DNA of 64,000 nucleotides. Origin: Octopus vulgaris. Lineage: Eukaryota. Both the position numbers and the translations under genes were made by a program. Location: the NCBI GenBank assembly GCA_951406725.2, contig OX597832.1, forward strand, positions 54,808,001 to 54,872,000, read 5' to 3'. A model generated the notes under the pieces. It was not told the DNA's origin. It saw only the letters and a program-made list of their open reading frames with translations, and searched no databases. This document shows, one piece after another, positions 45,418 to 59,399 of the stretch (its first letter is position 1; each line of letters begins with the position of its first letter).

Positions 45418-45822
45418 GAAGACGAAGAGGAGGGGGTTAAATGGATTGCATATAACCGTCAGGAGAATGTCTAATTGGACGGGAGCGGCGGGTGGACGGG
45501 TGGACGGGTGGTCGCGCTGTAAACTTTATAGGTCATTGTTAAATACGAAGTGTGTGTGGCGGGAGTGTTTACTTAGTGTTGGTTGACGACCGACAAGGAG
45601 GACATCCTCCGGCGTGACGTAGCAATGACACACACACACACACAGGCACAGACGCACATGTACACGTACATAGTGAGAGAAACACCTAAACACAGGCACA
45701 CCCTCGCACACACGAACCTATCTATTATAAGAATTATGTGCATATTTGGAGACAGGCATAGGTGAAAATGCGATCTATATCTATGTGTGCGTGCGTGTGT
45801 GTGTGCGTGTGTGTGTGTGTGT

Positions 45823-45859
<37 letters not shown>

Positions 45860-46002
45860 TGCGCGTGTGTGTATGTATATGTTATGTAAATTTATATGTT
45901 TTCCATTTATTTAACGGTCATTCTCATAGCTCTTTTGTCTTAATAACGGTCAATTACATGGTCATTTTAACGGTCATTTTCAAAGCATTTTTGTTTGTCT
46001 AA

Positions 46003-46088
46003 ATAACTGACGAGATGCCGGAGTAGATTTCCGCTCCGACATCCGAAACTGAGAATTTTATAATGGCAACCGAATAATTGTTACATAT
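46003..46088 (+). ncRNA. Hammerhead-like motif (same family as 53091-53150), stem III degenerate
   Basis: ATAA CTGACGA GATG CCGGAG..CTCCG A CATC C GAAA CTGAGAATT TTAT. Confidence 0.55.
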
Positions 46089-46098
46089 ATTACATATA

Positions 46099-46225
46099 GA
46101 GCGTAGGCTCGAAACGTTAAAGACTTTTTCATTTCCCGAGCGTTAAACTAATACATCTGTTTGTCGTCTACACCACCTGTCTTCGTTTGCTTTTAGTGAA
46201 TTCTCCCTATATCATTTTATCTAGT
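46099..46225 (+). mobile_element. Inverted truncated pLTR of the Penelope-like element at 46728-47400
   Basis: GAGCGTAGGCTCGAAACGTTAAAGACTTT...AAACTAATA..CTGTTTGT..ACCTGTCT is the reverse complement of 46728-46812. Confidence 0.78.
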
Positions 46226-46238
46226 TTCAGCTCACGAG

Positions 46239-46414
<176 letters not shown>

Positions 46415-46727
46415 CAAATATATGCATATATACATACATCTATGTACATACCTACATATATACATATATAAACATGCATATATAGGTACAGGACATCGAA
46501 AAAAACGTAGACAAAATGAGAAACGAAAACATGAGAACAAAAACATAAAAAACGAACTTTTTTTCGAACAACGAAAAAAACAAACAGAGAAACGAGACAT
46601 GCAACATAAAGAATATTCCCCTTCATCAGTTGTCCCTGTTTCATCTACTCCGCGTTCGAAGGTACACATACATGTGGGTGGTTGTGTGCATACGTATATA
46701 TTTTTATATGTATGCATGTGTGTGTGT

Positions 46728-47400
46728 GAGACAGGTGTATGAACAACAAACAGGTATATTAGTTTGACGTTCGGAAAAGTGAGAAAGTCTTTTACGTTTC
46801 GAGCCTACGCTCTTCAACAGAAAGGAATAAGATGAAATAAGCAGAGAGAGAATAAAAAAAAACTTGTAGATTTAGCGATCAAGCATGGCGACTGGTTGGG
46901 AAAAAGAAAAGGTTTGACAACAGAGGTAGAAAGAATGAGAGATGGTGAAGAGAGAAGGTGTATTGGAGTGAAGAGAGGAAGTAGATGTCAGATGAAGAGG
47001 GGAAGTAGATGTCAGATGAAGGGAGGAGGGTAGTTGAGCCCATGTGTCGCAAAGGAGCGAAGAGAGATTAATTCATGTTCATGGCGAAGGCGGGAGTCCG
47101 GATGGCCCCTGTTCAAAAACAATCCGAACACAGACAGGTATTGTAGTGAATGACCGGTAGAACGGAAATGGTGCGAGACCGAAGTGTCATTGCCAAGACT
47201 GATGTCTCGGAGGTGCTCCGCGAACCGATCGGCCAAGCGGCGTCCGGTTTGACCGAAGTACAGAGAAGGGCAGAAAGAGCAGGAGATGCAGTAAGGGAAG
47301 AAACTGTGGTCCAGGAGGTCACGCAGGTTGTAGGCTCACTTAAAGGGGGGAAGAGGTAGACTGGAGAAGATGTGCGAGGTGGAGGGGTCGGACTAGAGTT
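46728..47400 (-). pseudogene. Penelope-like retroelement 3' end: GIY-YIG endonuclease relic plus pLTR
   Basis: The minus strand at 47012-47295 reads YCISCSFCPSLYFGQTGRRLADRFAEHLRDI..VSHHF..GHS..LSVFGL..RLRHEHELI..HGLN. A hammerhead-like motif lies downstream at 46789-46824. Confidence 0.9.
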
Positions 47401-47412
47401 GAAATTCGTGTA

Positions 47413-47471
<59 letters not shown>

Positions 47472-47509
47472 ACAAATAGAGAGAGAGAGAAAGAGACAGA
47501 TAGACAGAC

Positions 47510-47634
<125 letters not shown>

Positions 47635-47913
47635 TTCTAACTGCCAGCAGTACAATATTTATGCAAATCGAATTTTCGGTTTAGTGGAGTCTTTGTTAAT
47701 AATGACAGTATATGTTGTGCTTTTGCCGATAGAAATACGCAAGTACACAGGCTCAGAAGTATCAGCCAAAATCTCATTCTTTCAGGGGTCGATAAAATAA
47801 GTACTAGTTGAGTATAAGGGTCGATGTTCGCTTTGTGCCAAAATCTGACAGTTATTATTGTTGTTGTTGTTGTTGTTGTTGCTGCTGTTGTTGTTGTGGT
47901 TGTTGTTGTTATA

Positions 47914-47981
<68 letters not shown>

Positions 47982-47988
47982 CATTACT

Positions 47989-48296
47989 GTGGAGTCGCAA
48001 TGGTCCACTGGTTAGAGCAGCAGACTCGCGGTTGGTGGATCGCGGTTTCGATTCCCAGACCGGGCGTTTTGCGTGTTTATTGAGCGAAAACACCTAAAGC
48101 TCCACGAGGCTCCGGCAGGGAGTGGTGGCGACCCCCAACTTTCTCTCACTCTTTCTTCCTGTTTCTTGAGTAACACTGCGATGGACTGGCGTCCTGCTCA
48201 GCTGGGGGGGGGGGAACACACACGCCATAGAAACCGGGAAACCAGACCCATGAGCTTGGCTAGGCTTGAAAAGGGCGCATAAATGAATAAATAAAT
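47989..48296 (+). mobile_element. SINE C, tail type 2 variant, in (ATT)n
   Basis: Family C head and body, followed by CTGCGATGGACTGGCGTCC...AGAAACCGGGAAACC. Confidence 0.9.
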
Positions 48297-48307
48297 TATT
48301 ATTATTA

Positions 48308-48356
<49 letters not shown>

Positions 48357-49034
48357 CATTACTATTTGTGTATGTATGTATGCGTGCGCGTGCTTGTGTT
48401 CTAGATACAGAAGATGAGAGACTTACACACCCATTTGTTTGCCATAGCAAACATTCGTAGCAAGAAAATCCTCTAAAAATGTGTGCATAGGGAACGTGTG
48501 TGTGTGTGTGTCGTTATGTGGGCGTACGTGTGTATGCGTGTGTCAGTGTGTGTGTGTGTACGTGCCTGTGTTTACATACACGTTTGACCTCACCTGACAC
48601 GGCCTGTGCAAATATAGCAGCAACAGTTTGCTCTATTAGCGGTGTTTTAAATTCCAAACATGTGTAGCAACTGAGGCAATCATGAGACGTTTTATTTATT
48701 TCGCTTTCGAGGTTGTGATCGCCGTTAAACCACTAGAAAAATAAAAGGAAATTTGATAAATAGACAAAAAAAAAAACCCCAGAAAAGGACAAAAAATGGC
48801 AATAGTAGAAACACGAAGCAAAAGGGAAATTCTCACCAATCTCTGTGACCTAGTTCCGATTTCAAGTGGAAGCAGATTCATTCCTCTCCCACCGATAATC
48901 TCTTTCGAAAAGGCATGAACTTCACCACGTGTATTTTGATTACTCATACTAATGCAAAGCCCTTTGCGTTTTCGTGAAACAAAATGGATGGTGTGTGTCG
49001 AGTTGGGGTGGGAGTGTAATGTGCTAAATAATGA

Positions 49035-49248
49035 CTTCAATTTTTTGCACAAGGCCAGCAATTTCGTGAGTGGAGGAAAGTCAATCACATCGACCCCAGT
49101 ACTCGACTGTTACATATTTTATCGACCATGAAAGGAGGAAAGGTAAAGTTGACCTCGGCGAAATTCGAACTCAGTATGTAAAAGACAGACGAAATACTGC
49201 TAAGCATTTTACCCGGCATGCTAACGATTCTGCCAGCTCGCTGCCTTC
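49035..49248 (-). mobile_element. SINE B (older, TTGAA-type tail)
   Basis: GCACAAGGCCAGCAATTT...ATCGACCCCAGTAC...TTCGAACTCAG...GCCAGCTCGCTGCCTT. Confidence 0.85.
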
Positions 49249-49736
49249 AATGTGTTAAATAATAGCAATAAACTGATATTAAAACTTTTGGAAGAGAAAT
49301 CAGCGACGTTTCAAACCTAAGTCCTTTACCAAAATAAAGTGGAATGGAAAATAGGGTATACTTCCTAAATATTTAACTGAGCTCATTTGCTGGTCAATTT
49401 AATGATGGTCAATGTGATAATATTATAAGACCGAGGCATATTTAAACGGTTGCTTGTGTAATTGTGATGACATGAATAAATTTGAACTCACCCCACTTTT
49501 TCTTTCTCTGTCCCCCTCTTTCTTTGTCCCCCTCTCTCTGCCCCTCTCTCTCTCACACACATACGCAATTACACATGTACACGCACACATACACACACAT
49601 GCGCTTCTTCGTGAAAATCGCACAAACACATTTATGTATATGTATTAATGCATGTGTGTATATGTGTATGTGTGTGTGCGTATATATATATATATATATA
49701 CACATATATATATATATGTATGTAACAGTATGAATG

Positions 49737-49874
<138 letters not shown>

Positions 49875-49988
49875 TATACAAATACAGTAATACACATACA
49901 TAAATGTATATGTACATAAACATATATTTATATGCTTATATATGTATACACACATGCACACACACACGCACACACGCACAAACACACG

Positions 49989-50019
<31 letters not shown>

Positions 50020-50044
50020 GTGTATGTATGTATACATACATAGA

Positions 50045-50078
<34 letters not shown>

Positions 50079-50605
50079 CGTACGTCTGTACGTAGATACA
50101 TGTGCGCGAGTGAGTGTGTGTGTGTATACATGCATACATACATGCATACATACATACATACATGCACACACACACACACACACACACACGCATGCAGGCA
50201 TACAGGCATACATGCAAGTGTATAATTGAATAAAGGGAAGAAGAACGCGTAGAGCGTGAGGTCGAGAAGACGGAATTCTAACGGTGCACTATTTTTGAAA
50301 AGATAAATTATTTTCTGTAATAACCAGTTAACTTATTCTTTTGACTCCGTCACGTTCTCGCATTGATTCCGACCCTACCGCCGGCCCCTAACTGCACCCT
50401 TCTTCACACTGATCTCTCTCGTCACGTCCCATTATATTACGTCACGACTTCGTATATGGAGTCATGGCGAACGTTTCCGCTCCTCGCCGTCTTCTAACGG
50501 CAGCCTCACAGCCCGTCCGTGATTGATTTGACGCAAAGCAATCGTGCTGATACGTACGTACATGCGTACACACACACGCGCGCACGTACATACATACATA
50601 CATAC

Positions 50606-50674
<69 letters not shown>

Positions 50675-50871
50675 ATACTATTTTCCTCTGTATAATTATG
50701 TGCGTGTGTGTGTGTATGTGCGTGTGTGTGTGTATTTGTGTGTCTGTGTGCGTGTGTATTATATGAGTGTATATATCAAATACGCATCGATAATATTTTA
50801 AGTTTACATTTTTTAAGTACTTATCCAGATCTATCTATCTATCTATGAGTCTGTCTGATTACCTATCTTCA

Positions 50872-50917
<46 letters not shown>

Positions 50918-50958
50918 CATACAAACATACATATATATATATATATATATATACATAT

Positions 50959-51278
50959 ACTCTTTTACTCTCTTTTACTTCTTTCAATCATTTGACTGTG
51001 GTCATGCTGGAGCACCGCCTTTAGTCGAGCAAATCGACCCCAGGACTTATTCTTTGTAAGCCTAGTACTTATTCTATCGGTCACTTTTGCCGAACCACTA
51101 AGTTACGGGGACTTAAACACACCACCATCAGTTGTCAAGTGATGTTGGGGGGACAAATAGAGACACACAAACGCACACATGTATACATATACATATATAC
51201 GACAGGCTTCTTTCAGTTTCTGTCTACCAAATCCACTCACAACGCTTTGGTCGGACCGAAGCTATAGCAGAAGACACT
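50959..51278 (-). mobile_element. SINE A lacking its head
   Basis: Consensus match up to GAAGACACT. Confidence 0.9.
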
Positions 51279-51291
51279 AGAGTAGAAAAGA

Positions 51292-51678
51292 GTAGTAGTA
51301 GGAGCACTCCGTCGGTTGCCACGATGAGGGTCCCTGCTGATACGATCAACGGAACAGCTTGCTCGTGATATTACCGTGCAAGTGGCTGAGCACTCCACAG
51401 ACACGTGTACCCTTAACGTAGTTCTCGGGGATATTCAGCGTGACACAGAGAGTGACAAGGCTGGCCCTTTGAAATACAGGTACAAGAGAAACAGGAAGAA
51501 AGAGCGAGAGAAAGTTGTGGTGAAAGAGTACAGCAGGGTTCATCACCACCCCCTGCCGGAGCCTCGTGGAGCTTTGGGTGTTTTTGCTCAATAAACACTC
51601 ACAATGCCCGGTCTGGGAATCGAAACCGCGATCCTACGACCGCGAGTCCGCTGCCCTAACCACTGGGCCATTGCGCCT
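51292..51678 (-). mobile_element. SINE C, tail type 3
   Basis: 11-bp TSD AGTAGAAAAGA at 51281-51291 and 51679-51689; tail ends in (CTA)n. Confidence 0.9.
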
Positions 51679-51699
51679 AGTAGAAAAGAATATGTATAA

Positions 51700-51918
51700 T
51701 ACGAGCGAGTGCTAAAAAGTTCCTGGTTTTAAGTAAAAGAAAATACTGGCGAATTAAATTATGATTTTATTGAACATATTCCTCTCTCAGATTCACACAC
51801 TTATTTCAGCGGTTGTTCTGCTTTCCGAAGGCCTGTAAAAGAACTCGGAAGGTTGAACTTTGACCAAGGCTTTCACGACACCCATAAAGCTTGAAGCCTT
51901 TCAGCACCCCCTCGGATA
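51700..51918. mobile_element. Mariner-derived MITE
   Basis: Imperfect TIRs TACGAGCGAGTGCTAAAAAG and CTTTCAGCACCCCCTCG; internal minus strand reads R*NKCVNLREEYVQ*. Confidence 0.78.
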
Positions 51919-51976
51919 AGTATAGTATAGAATACATACATACATACATACATACATACATACATACATACATACA

Positions 51977-52007
<31 letters not shown>

Positions 52008-52322
52008 GTATATACATATATAAAATATGAATTAGAGATAAAACCACTATTAGGCAATTCAAACAGTGATAGACATAACCAATACATAAATAGCAAATAA
52101 TATAAATATAATTAATTTGATTTGATTTTGATTTTTCCAGTTTCAGCTTATGAGCTGTGGCCATGCTGGGCACCGCCAATATATATTTTTCCCCAAAAGT
52201 ATAAAAAGAATGATAAACATAATATAATAAGTAAAATAAAAATATATATAAATACGGTGAAATTTGATTTAATACTAAATCGAATTTTTTCCCTATAAGT
52301 TTGGAGCCATACTCCCTAATAT

Positions 52323-52418
<96 letters not shown>

Positions 52419-52478
52419 ATAAGAAATTGAGCAATAATCAGCAATGAGAAGTGGATTGTTTAATTAAATTACGAGTAT

Positions 52479-52554
52479 GTTTGCAGCTGTTTCTATTTAT
52501 AAAATGGAGTAAATTTGCATTTGCCTCGTTACAATTCATAAACATCTTCAGAAC
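52479..52554 (-). ncRNA. Hammerhead-like motif with one core substitution
   Basis: GTT CTGAAGA TGTTTATGAA...TTTATAAATA GAAA CAGCTG CA AAC. Stem II is 10 bp and stem III is palindromic; U16.1 reads C. Confidence 0.55.
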
Positions 52555-52915
52555 GATTACATGGAAAAAGAAGGCAACGATAAAATAGAAAGAAAAAAAG
52601 GAAGAGAGTTCGTTAAAGCAATAGTGTTAAATTTTAGTGACTTACATATTTCCACGTGTCAACAGAAGGATAAAAGGGAATAGAGTTCGTTAAATCCATA
52701 GTCTTACATTTAGTGACTTTCATATTTCCACGTGTCCGTAGATTCCTAAATTCGTTGCTGATGGGACAATGTTTTTGTAATTCCTATTAGTAAATGAAAC
52801 ACGTGTAATGTTTTATAAATAATACCAAAATTTTCCAATTTCCTTCTCTGTTACAGATGTATATATACATACTTACATACATACACACACACACACACAT
52901 ATGCATACATATATG

Positions 52916-52975
<60 letters not shown>

Positions 52976-53037
52976 TAAAAACGGTAAGATAGCAAAAGAA
53001 AGAAGGAGACCTAAATATTATGTAAATAGACGAAATT

Positions 53038-53184
53038 TATCTGTAAAATAATATGTGACAATTATTCGGTAGCCAAGATAAAACTCTGAGATAACCGAAG
53101 AGATGGTGGTGTGGATTTCCACCTCGGCATCCGAAACTCAGAGTTTTATCTTGGCTACCGAATAATTGTCACATATTATTTTAC

Positions 53185-53189
<5 letters not shown>
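53038..53189. repeat. Perfect 53-bp inverted repeat enclosing a hammerhead-like motif
   Basis: 53038-53090 is the exact reverse complement of 53137-53189, with a 46-bp spacer. Confidence 0.95.
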
Positions 53190-53238
<49 letters not shown>

Positions 53239-53937
53239 TTTCAAATGCGAATGGATTAAATTACAGTTTCAATCAAATCGACAAGCTTTCGCCTATCCAA
53301 TTTCACTCTCCGAAACTTGGATCGACTCGATGCTTGCCTAAGATTCTACGCCATAGGAATTTTTTTCTTCCCGCCAGAAGTTCGGTCCTCCGGAAAACCA
53401 TCAATTTACCTCGGTTTTCTCAAACGTTATCTTGAACATGGACTTACGTCGTCGACCTAACAAATCTAGAAAGACTTGCCTGGGTCACGAAAACATACTG
53501 CTCTTTCTCTTAGGGCTAAATAACAAAAATAGCTTGCATGCGAAGAAGAAAGACGCAGAGAAAGAAAAGAAGAAAGATCGAAAGAGATATTAGAGCGAAG
53601 GAGAAAAAGAAAAAGAATAGTCCGGAGATAAATAAAATAAATAATAATCTTGAGGCGTAAACACATACGTAAAGTTGTGCCAAATTTGTTCATAAAACTG
53701 GATTCATAGACTGAGTGGGTGTTTGACAAAAAGGATATTTGTAACATAAGCCAATGAGAGATATAAAACAGGAGATAACCCAAACGTCAGGCGTGAAACT
53801 ATTGATAGAGTCTGCCGACATGAAAATAAGTCGGTTTTTAAAAAATCGTACGGGGAATGAATGTGTGTGTGACGCGAGTTAGAGGAGTTTACTGTAACGA
53901 AATGATACCACGAAACACAAATCTGCGACAGATACTT

Positions 53938-54024
<87 letters not shown>

Positions 54025-54190
54025 ACATATATATATATACATATTACATTTATATAAACTTATTTATATAAACATAAACATATATATACACACACACAGA
54101 CACACACATATATATATGTGTGTGTGTGTGTGTGAATAGAATGTGTAGTATATATAATGGTGTATATATATATATATATAATATATATAT

Positions 54191-54250
<60 letters not shown>

Positions 54251-54293
54251 GTATATATAGAATGTGTAGTATATATGGAATGTGTATATACAT

Positions 54294-54326
<33 letters not shown>

Positions 54327-54354
54327 CATCTATTTTATATTATATATATATTTG

Positions 54355-54387
<33 letters not shown>

Positions 54388-54659
54388 ATATGTATGTATG
54401 TATATACGTATGTATGTATGTATGTACGTATGTATGTGTGTACACACACACACCATATGACGCAAACATATGGTATGGAATCGGCCTCTCGTCATAAGAT
54501 TGTTATATTGATTGCTATACAAAGCTGCAATATCGATCAGCAAACAAGACATTATAACGTTCGATTCTCGCTGATCAGGTTACATCTGAAATTTCCATCA
54601 CACAAAATCTGTAGCAAATGTGTTAAGATCTGATATAACTGCAACGTGTATGAATGTAC

Positions 54660-54734
<75 letters not shown>

Positions 54735-55522
54735 TCGCCTTTGTTGTCAATATTGGAGATGTTAGCTTTGAATGGGAGAATCTACTTCCCGCTGGAATCA
54801 ATTTATATCAATGTTTTCTTGTTCTATACAAGTTTCTATTAAATTTATTTTAGCCTACGGTCTACTTTCCTGATAATGACGCTACCAACTGAGACAAAAG
54901 TTTCGCGATTGCAGTCGATAAGCGTCTTGTATATAGCGGCAACTAATGCCGCTATAAAACCATTGATTGAATTCACATGAACAAACATCAAAATCTCTCT
55001 TTCAACTTGAACGGGCTTAATTCACCGTCTGTGACCTCCCTATGAAATTGTTCGATATCTCGCAAACTTCCGGTGTCCGTTATTTCATATTTACCTCGAA
55101 TGTATGATTGTGCTTAGAGACGATTAAATCAAAAAATGATTCCATGCGGTAATAATGTTAATTCTATATAAATCTTTCATGGTTTGTTAAGTCATATCTT
55201 ATTTATTTAATAATATTCGGTGGTGTTTGTGTATTCTTAGCAAAACCGAAAGAAAGGAAATGGTGTTCTACGAAAAGCAGGCGCTCGATTAAATCACTCA
55301 GCAATAGGATGGAATCAATACTGAACTCATCGACTACAAATAACCTGAATATTTCTAGATCTACCATTCTTTCGTTGGATCTCTTCAAATAAATCATTCC
55401 ATTCTAATCTAGCTGACCGTTATTCACATACCCGGAAGTCGTACTAATCATTTAAGTTTCAGCCATGTTTCCACTTACCGCATAGAAAACTTATTTCCTT
55501 CGCTTGACACAGGTAAGCCTAC

Positions 55523-55594
<72 letters not shown>

Positions 55595-55974
55595 ATGGGA
55601 AGATATGCGCTAAGCCACTTCTAAGCAAATATGAACAAGTTTAGACCTTACCATTATTAAAGACTGGAGGTTTGATTTTCCTCTCTCTATATATATATTC
55701 TTTTAATGAATGTCGGTAATGCCTTACAAATTTAGAAAATTGGTCAAATAGTGATTAGTGTTGATATAATATATTTTGCGCAATGAATGTGTAGATCCTG
55801 CAGATGTTGCGTCAATAGTTTTCTGGTAATAAAGACGGCTTTGCAAGCATGTTGTTTCCAAGTCCAAATATCCCTGAACAGCCGAGTGTGCACATGTGTA
55901 TACGTAAGAGCGGGCGTGACTCTGTGCGTGCGTATGAGTGAATATGCATGGGTGTACGTATGTTTGTATACTAT

Positions 55975-56690
<716 letters not shown>

Positions 56691-56969
56691 CTTTTGGATT
56701 TTTCTAGATCTGTCTTTATAACAAACACTAGGCTACACATATGTTGGAAAGTATCGGTTCAGGTAAATGTAAGCCAATCAATTGTTTGTCATCAGTATCT
56801 TCTCATAGGCCACAGGTTGCTTAGTTCAAGCATCAGTCCATTGCTGGAAATGAATCCATCGGATCTTAAAGAACCTGGTTTTTCTTTCAGTACCACACTA
56901 CCACAATAAAACCTATCATCACGACATTTTCATGGTTCTTGGACCTGGAAAATCCCACACAAAATACCA

Positions 56970-57188
56970 CTTTCAAATTTTGGCACAAGAAACCACCGAT
57001 TTTGTGAGGGAGGGGACAAGTTGATTACATCAACCCCAGAATTTAACTGTTACTTTATTTTATGGATCACGTTAAGATGAAAGGCTAAGCTGACCTTGGC
57101 GACATTTGAAACCAGAACATTTAGAACCGGAAGAAATGCCGATGTCCATTTTGTCTGACACGTTAACCATTCTGCTACCTCGCCGCAT
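56970..57188 (-). mobile_element. Old SINE B
   Basis: TTTCAAATTTTGGCACAAG...GATGAAAGGCTAAG...CTCGCCGC. Confidence 0.7.
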
Positions 57189-57780
57189 TTGTTTTGTACA
57201 TAATGACAACATTACTTAACCCTGGTTGGAAACAAAGTAATATGAATTATCCGATACACGATATTGAGGCAGTATTTAATTAAAATAGCTATCTCTCAAT
57301 CATATTTAATGTAAACACACACTGTCAATAGGCCGGTTGCTGCAGTATTTGTCCTGAGATAAAATCTCTAGTGAACTTACAGTGTGCTTTTGTGTTATAG
57401 ATACAGCAGGTCAGTAAGAGATGTTATCTTTGGACAAATACTCGACTCTGTGTGCACATTGCATATGTTACCTCGATGTGTGTGTGTGTGTATAAATATA
57501 TATATATATGTATATGTATGTGTGTCTATATATATATATATGTGTATGCGTATATATATGCATATATACAAATATATATATGTATATGTGTGTGTATGTG
57601 TATGTGTGTAAGTATATATATATATATGTATGTATGTATGTATGTAGATATATATATATATGTATGTATGTATGTATATATATATATGTATGTATATATA
57701 TGTGTGTGTATATATATATGTATATATATGTGTATATATATATATATATGTGTGTATATATGTATATATGTATATATATA

Positions 57781-57824
<44 letters not shown>

Positions 57825-57843
57825 CATATACATATACATATGT

Positions 57844-57889
<46 letters not shown>

Positions 57890-57895
<6 letters not shown>

Positions 57896-58717
57896 AGAAT
57901 GAACTGCCGGTTAGCCGGCTAAATTACGCAAAAATTAAAAAAGCACTGCTGTTTCATTTTAACAGACATATCAGATATACTTACCAAAATTACATTAAAA
58001 TATCTTGAAATACTAACGAGTAAATTTATTCAATGAAATCGCCATTGGCTTCAACCACGGCCGCCAAATGACTTCGGAATCTGCAACTTTTCTGGACGGT
58101 CTCCTTGTTTAAGTTGGTCAATGCTGCCATAATCCTTGCCTTCAGTTCATCAACTGTGCCCCACACATCATAATCAAGGAGGTTGCAGTGTGAGGAGACA
58201 GGAGGCCAGATGTTAGGGGTGATGTGGTCGCAGAAATTTTCTGACAGTCAAGAGTTCCCCTGCTTGCGTGGCATGGTGCAAAGTCCTGTTGCCAGACATA
58301 GTCTTCCAGCAGCCACCCTCTTCACCCACGACAGCACTGCCTCCTCCGGGCACTTGATGTAGACCTCCGTGTTGAACCTGAGGCCGTGCCCATCACGAGT
58401 GATGACTCCAAACACCAAGATGTTGACTGGATGTTTGATTTTTATCACTCTCGGTACATGTTCTCGGATCGCACTGCCCTCAAATTGACACCCAAACACT
58501 CTGAAATATTCGTATTAAAGCTTCCAGTGTGAATGCCAAGCAGTACAGCATGTCGTTTCGAAATTTCTGACAGAGTGAATTGCGTTATAGTGCTGTTTTT
58601 CTCACAGACAGTGCCCAACTGATCCTACTATGCTGTGTAGTCGATAAATTCAAAAACAATGCGCACGCGCGAAACTAATAATATAAAATGGCAACAATTT
58701 ACTCATCGCACCCTGTA
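57890..58717 (-). pseudogene. Tc1/mariner superfamily maT-type (DD37D) transposon relic
   Basis: KHPVNILVFGVIT..GLRFNTEVYIKC..YVWQQDFAPCH..LSENFCDHITPNIWPP...CNLLDY.VWG. D-to-D spacing is about 37 after correcting one frameshift. TIR TACAGGGTGCG at 58717. Confidence 0.88.
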
Positions 58718-58739
58718 TACACCTCCTCCCACACACATA

Positions 58740-58943
58740 TCTCTTTTACTTGTTTCAGTCATTTGACTACGGCCATGCTGGAGCACCACCTTTAGTCGAG
58801 CAAATCGACCCCAGGACTTATTCTTTGTAAGCCTAGTATTTATTCTATCGGTGTCTTTAGCCGAACCGCTAAGTGACGGGGACGTAAACGTACCAGCATC
58901 GGTTGTGAAGCGATATTGGGAGTACAAACACAGACGGACAAAC

Positions 58944-59000
<57 letters not shown>

Positions 59001-59001
59001 C

Positions 59002-59068
<67 letters not shown>

Positions 59069-59239
59069 CATATATACGACATGCTTCTTTCAGTTTCCGT
59101 CTACTAAATCCACTCAAAAGGCTTTGGTTGGCCCGAGGCTATAGTGGAAGACACTTGCCCAAGGTGCCACGCAGTGTGACTGAACCCGGAACCATGTGGT
59201 TGGTAAGCAAGCTACTTAACACACAGCCACTCCTGCACC

Positions 59240-59240
<1 letters not shown>
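58740..59240 (-). mobile_element. SINE A, full length
   Basis: Consensus match. Confidence 0.92.
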
Positions 59241-59310
<70 letters not shown>

Positions 59311-59311
59311 G

Positions 59312-59399
<88 letters not shown>

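Noticed and set aside
46605-46665. CTGATGA and GAAAC motifs on the minus strand as a permuted hammerhead
   Set aside because: I could not build stems I-III in any valid topology.
53660-53790. Possible PLE GIY-YIG C-terminus (YESSFMNKFGTTLR, minus strand)
   Set aside because: Too short and degenerate to call without a search.
56694-56909. 71-aa non-repetitive ORF
   Set aside because: No recognisable motif or splice support; likely chance or a decayed element.
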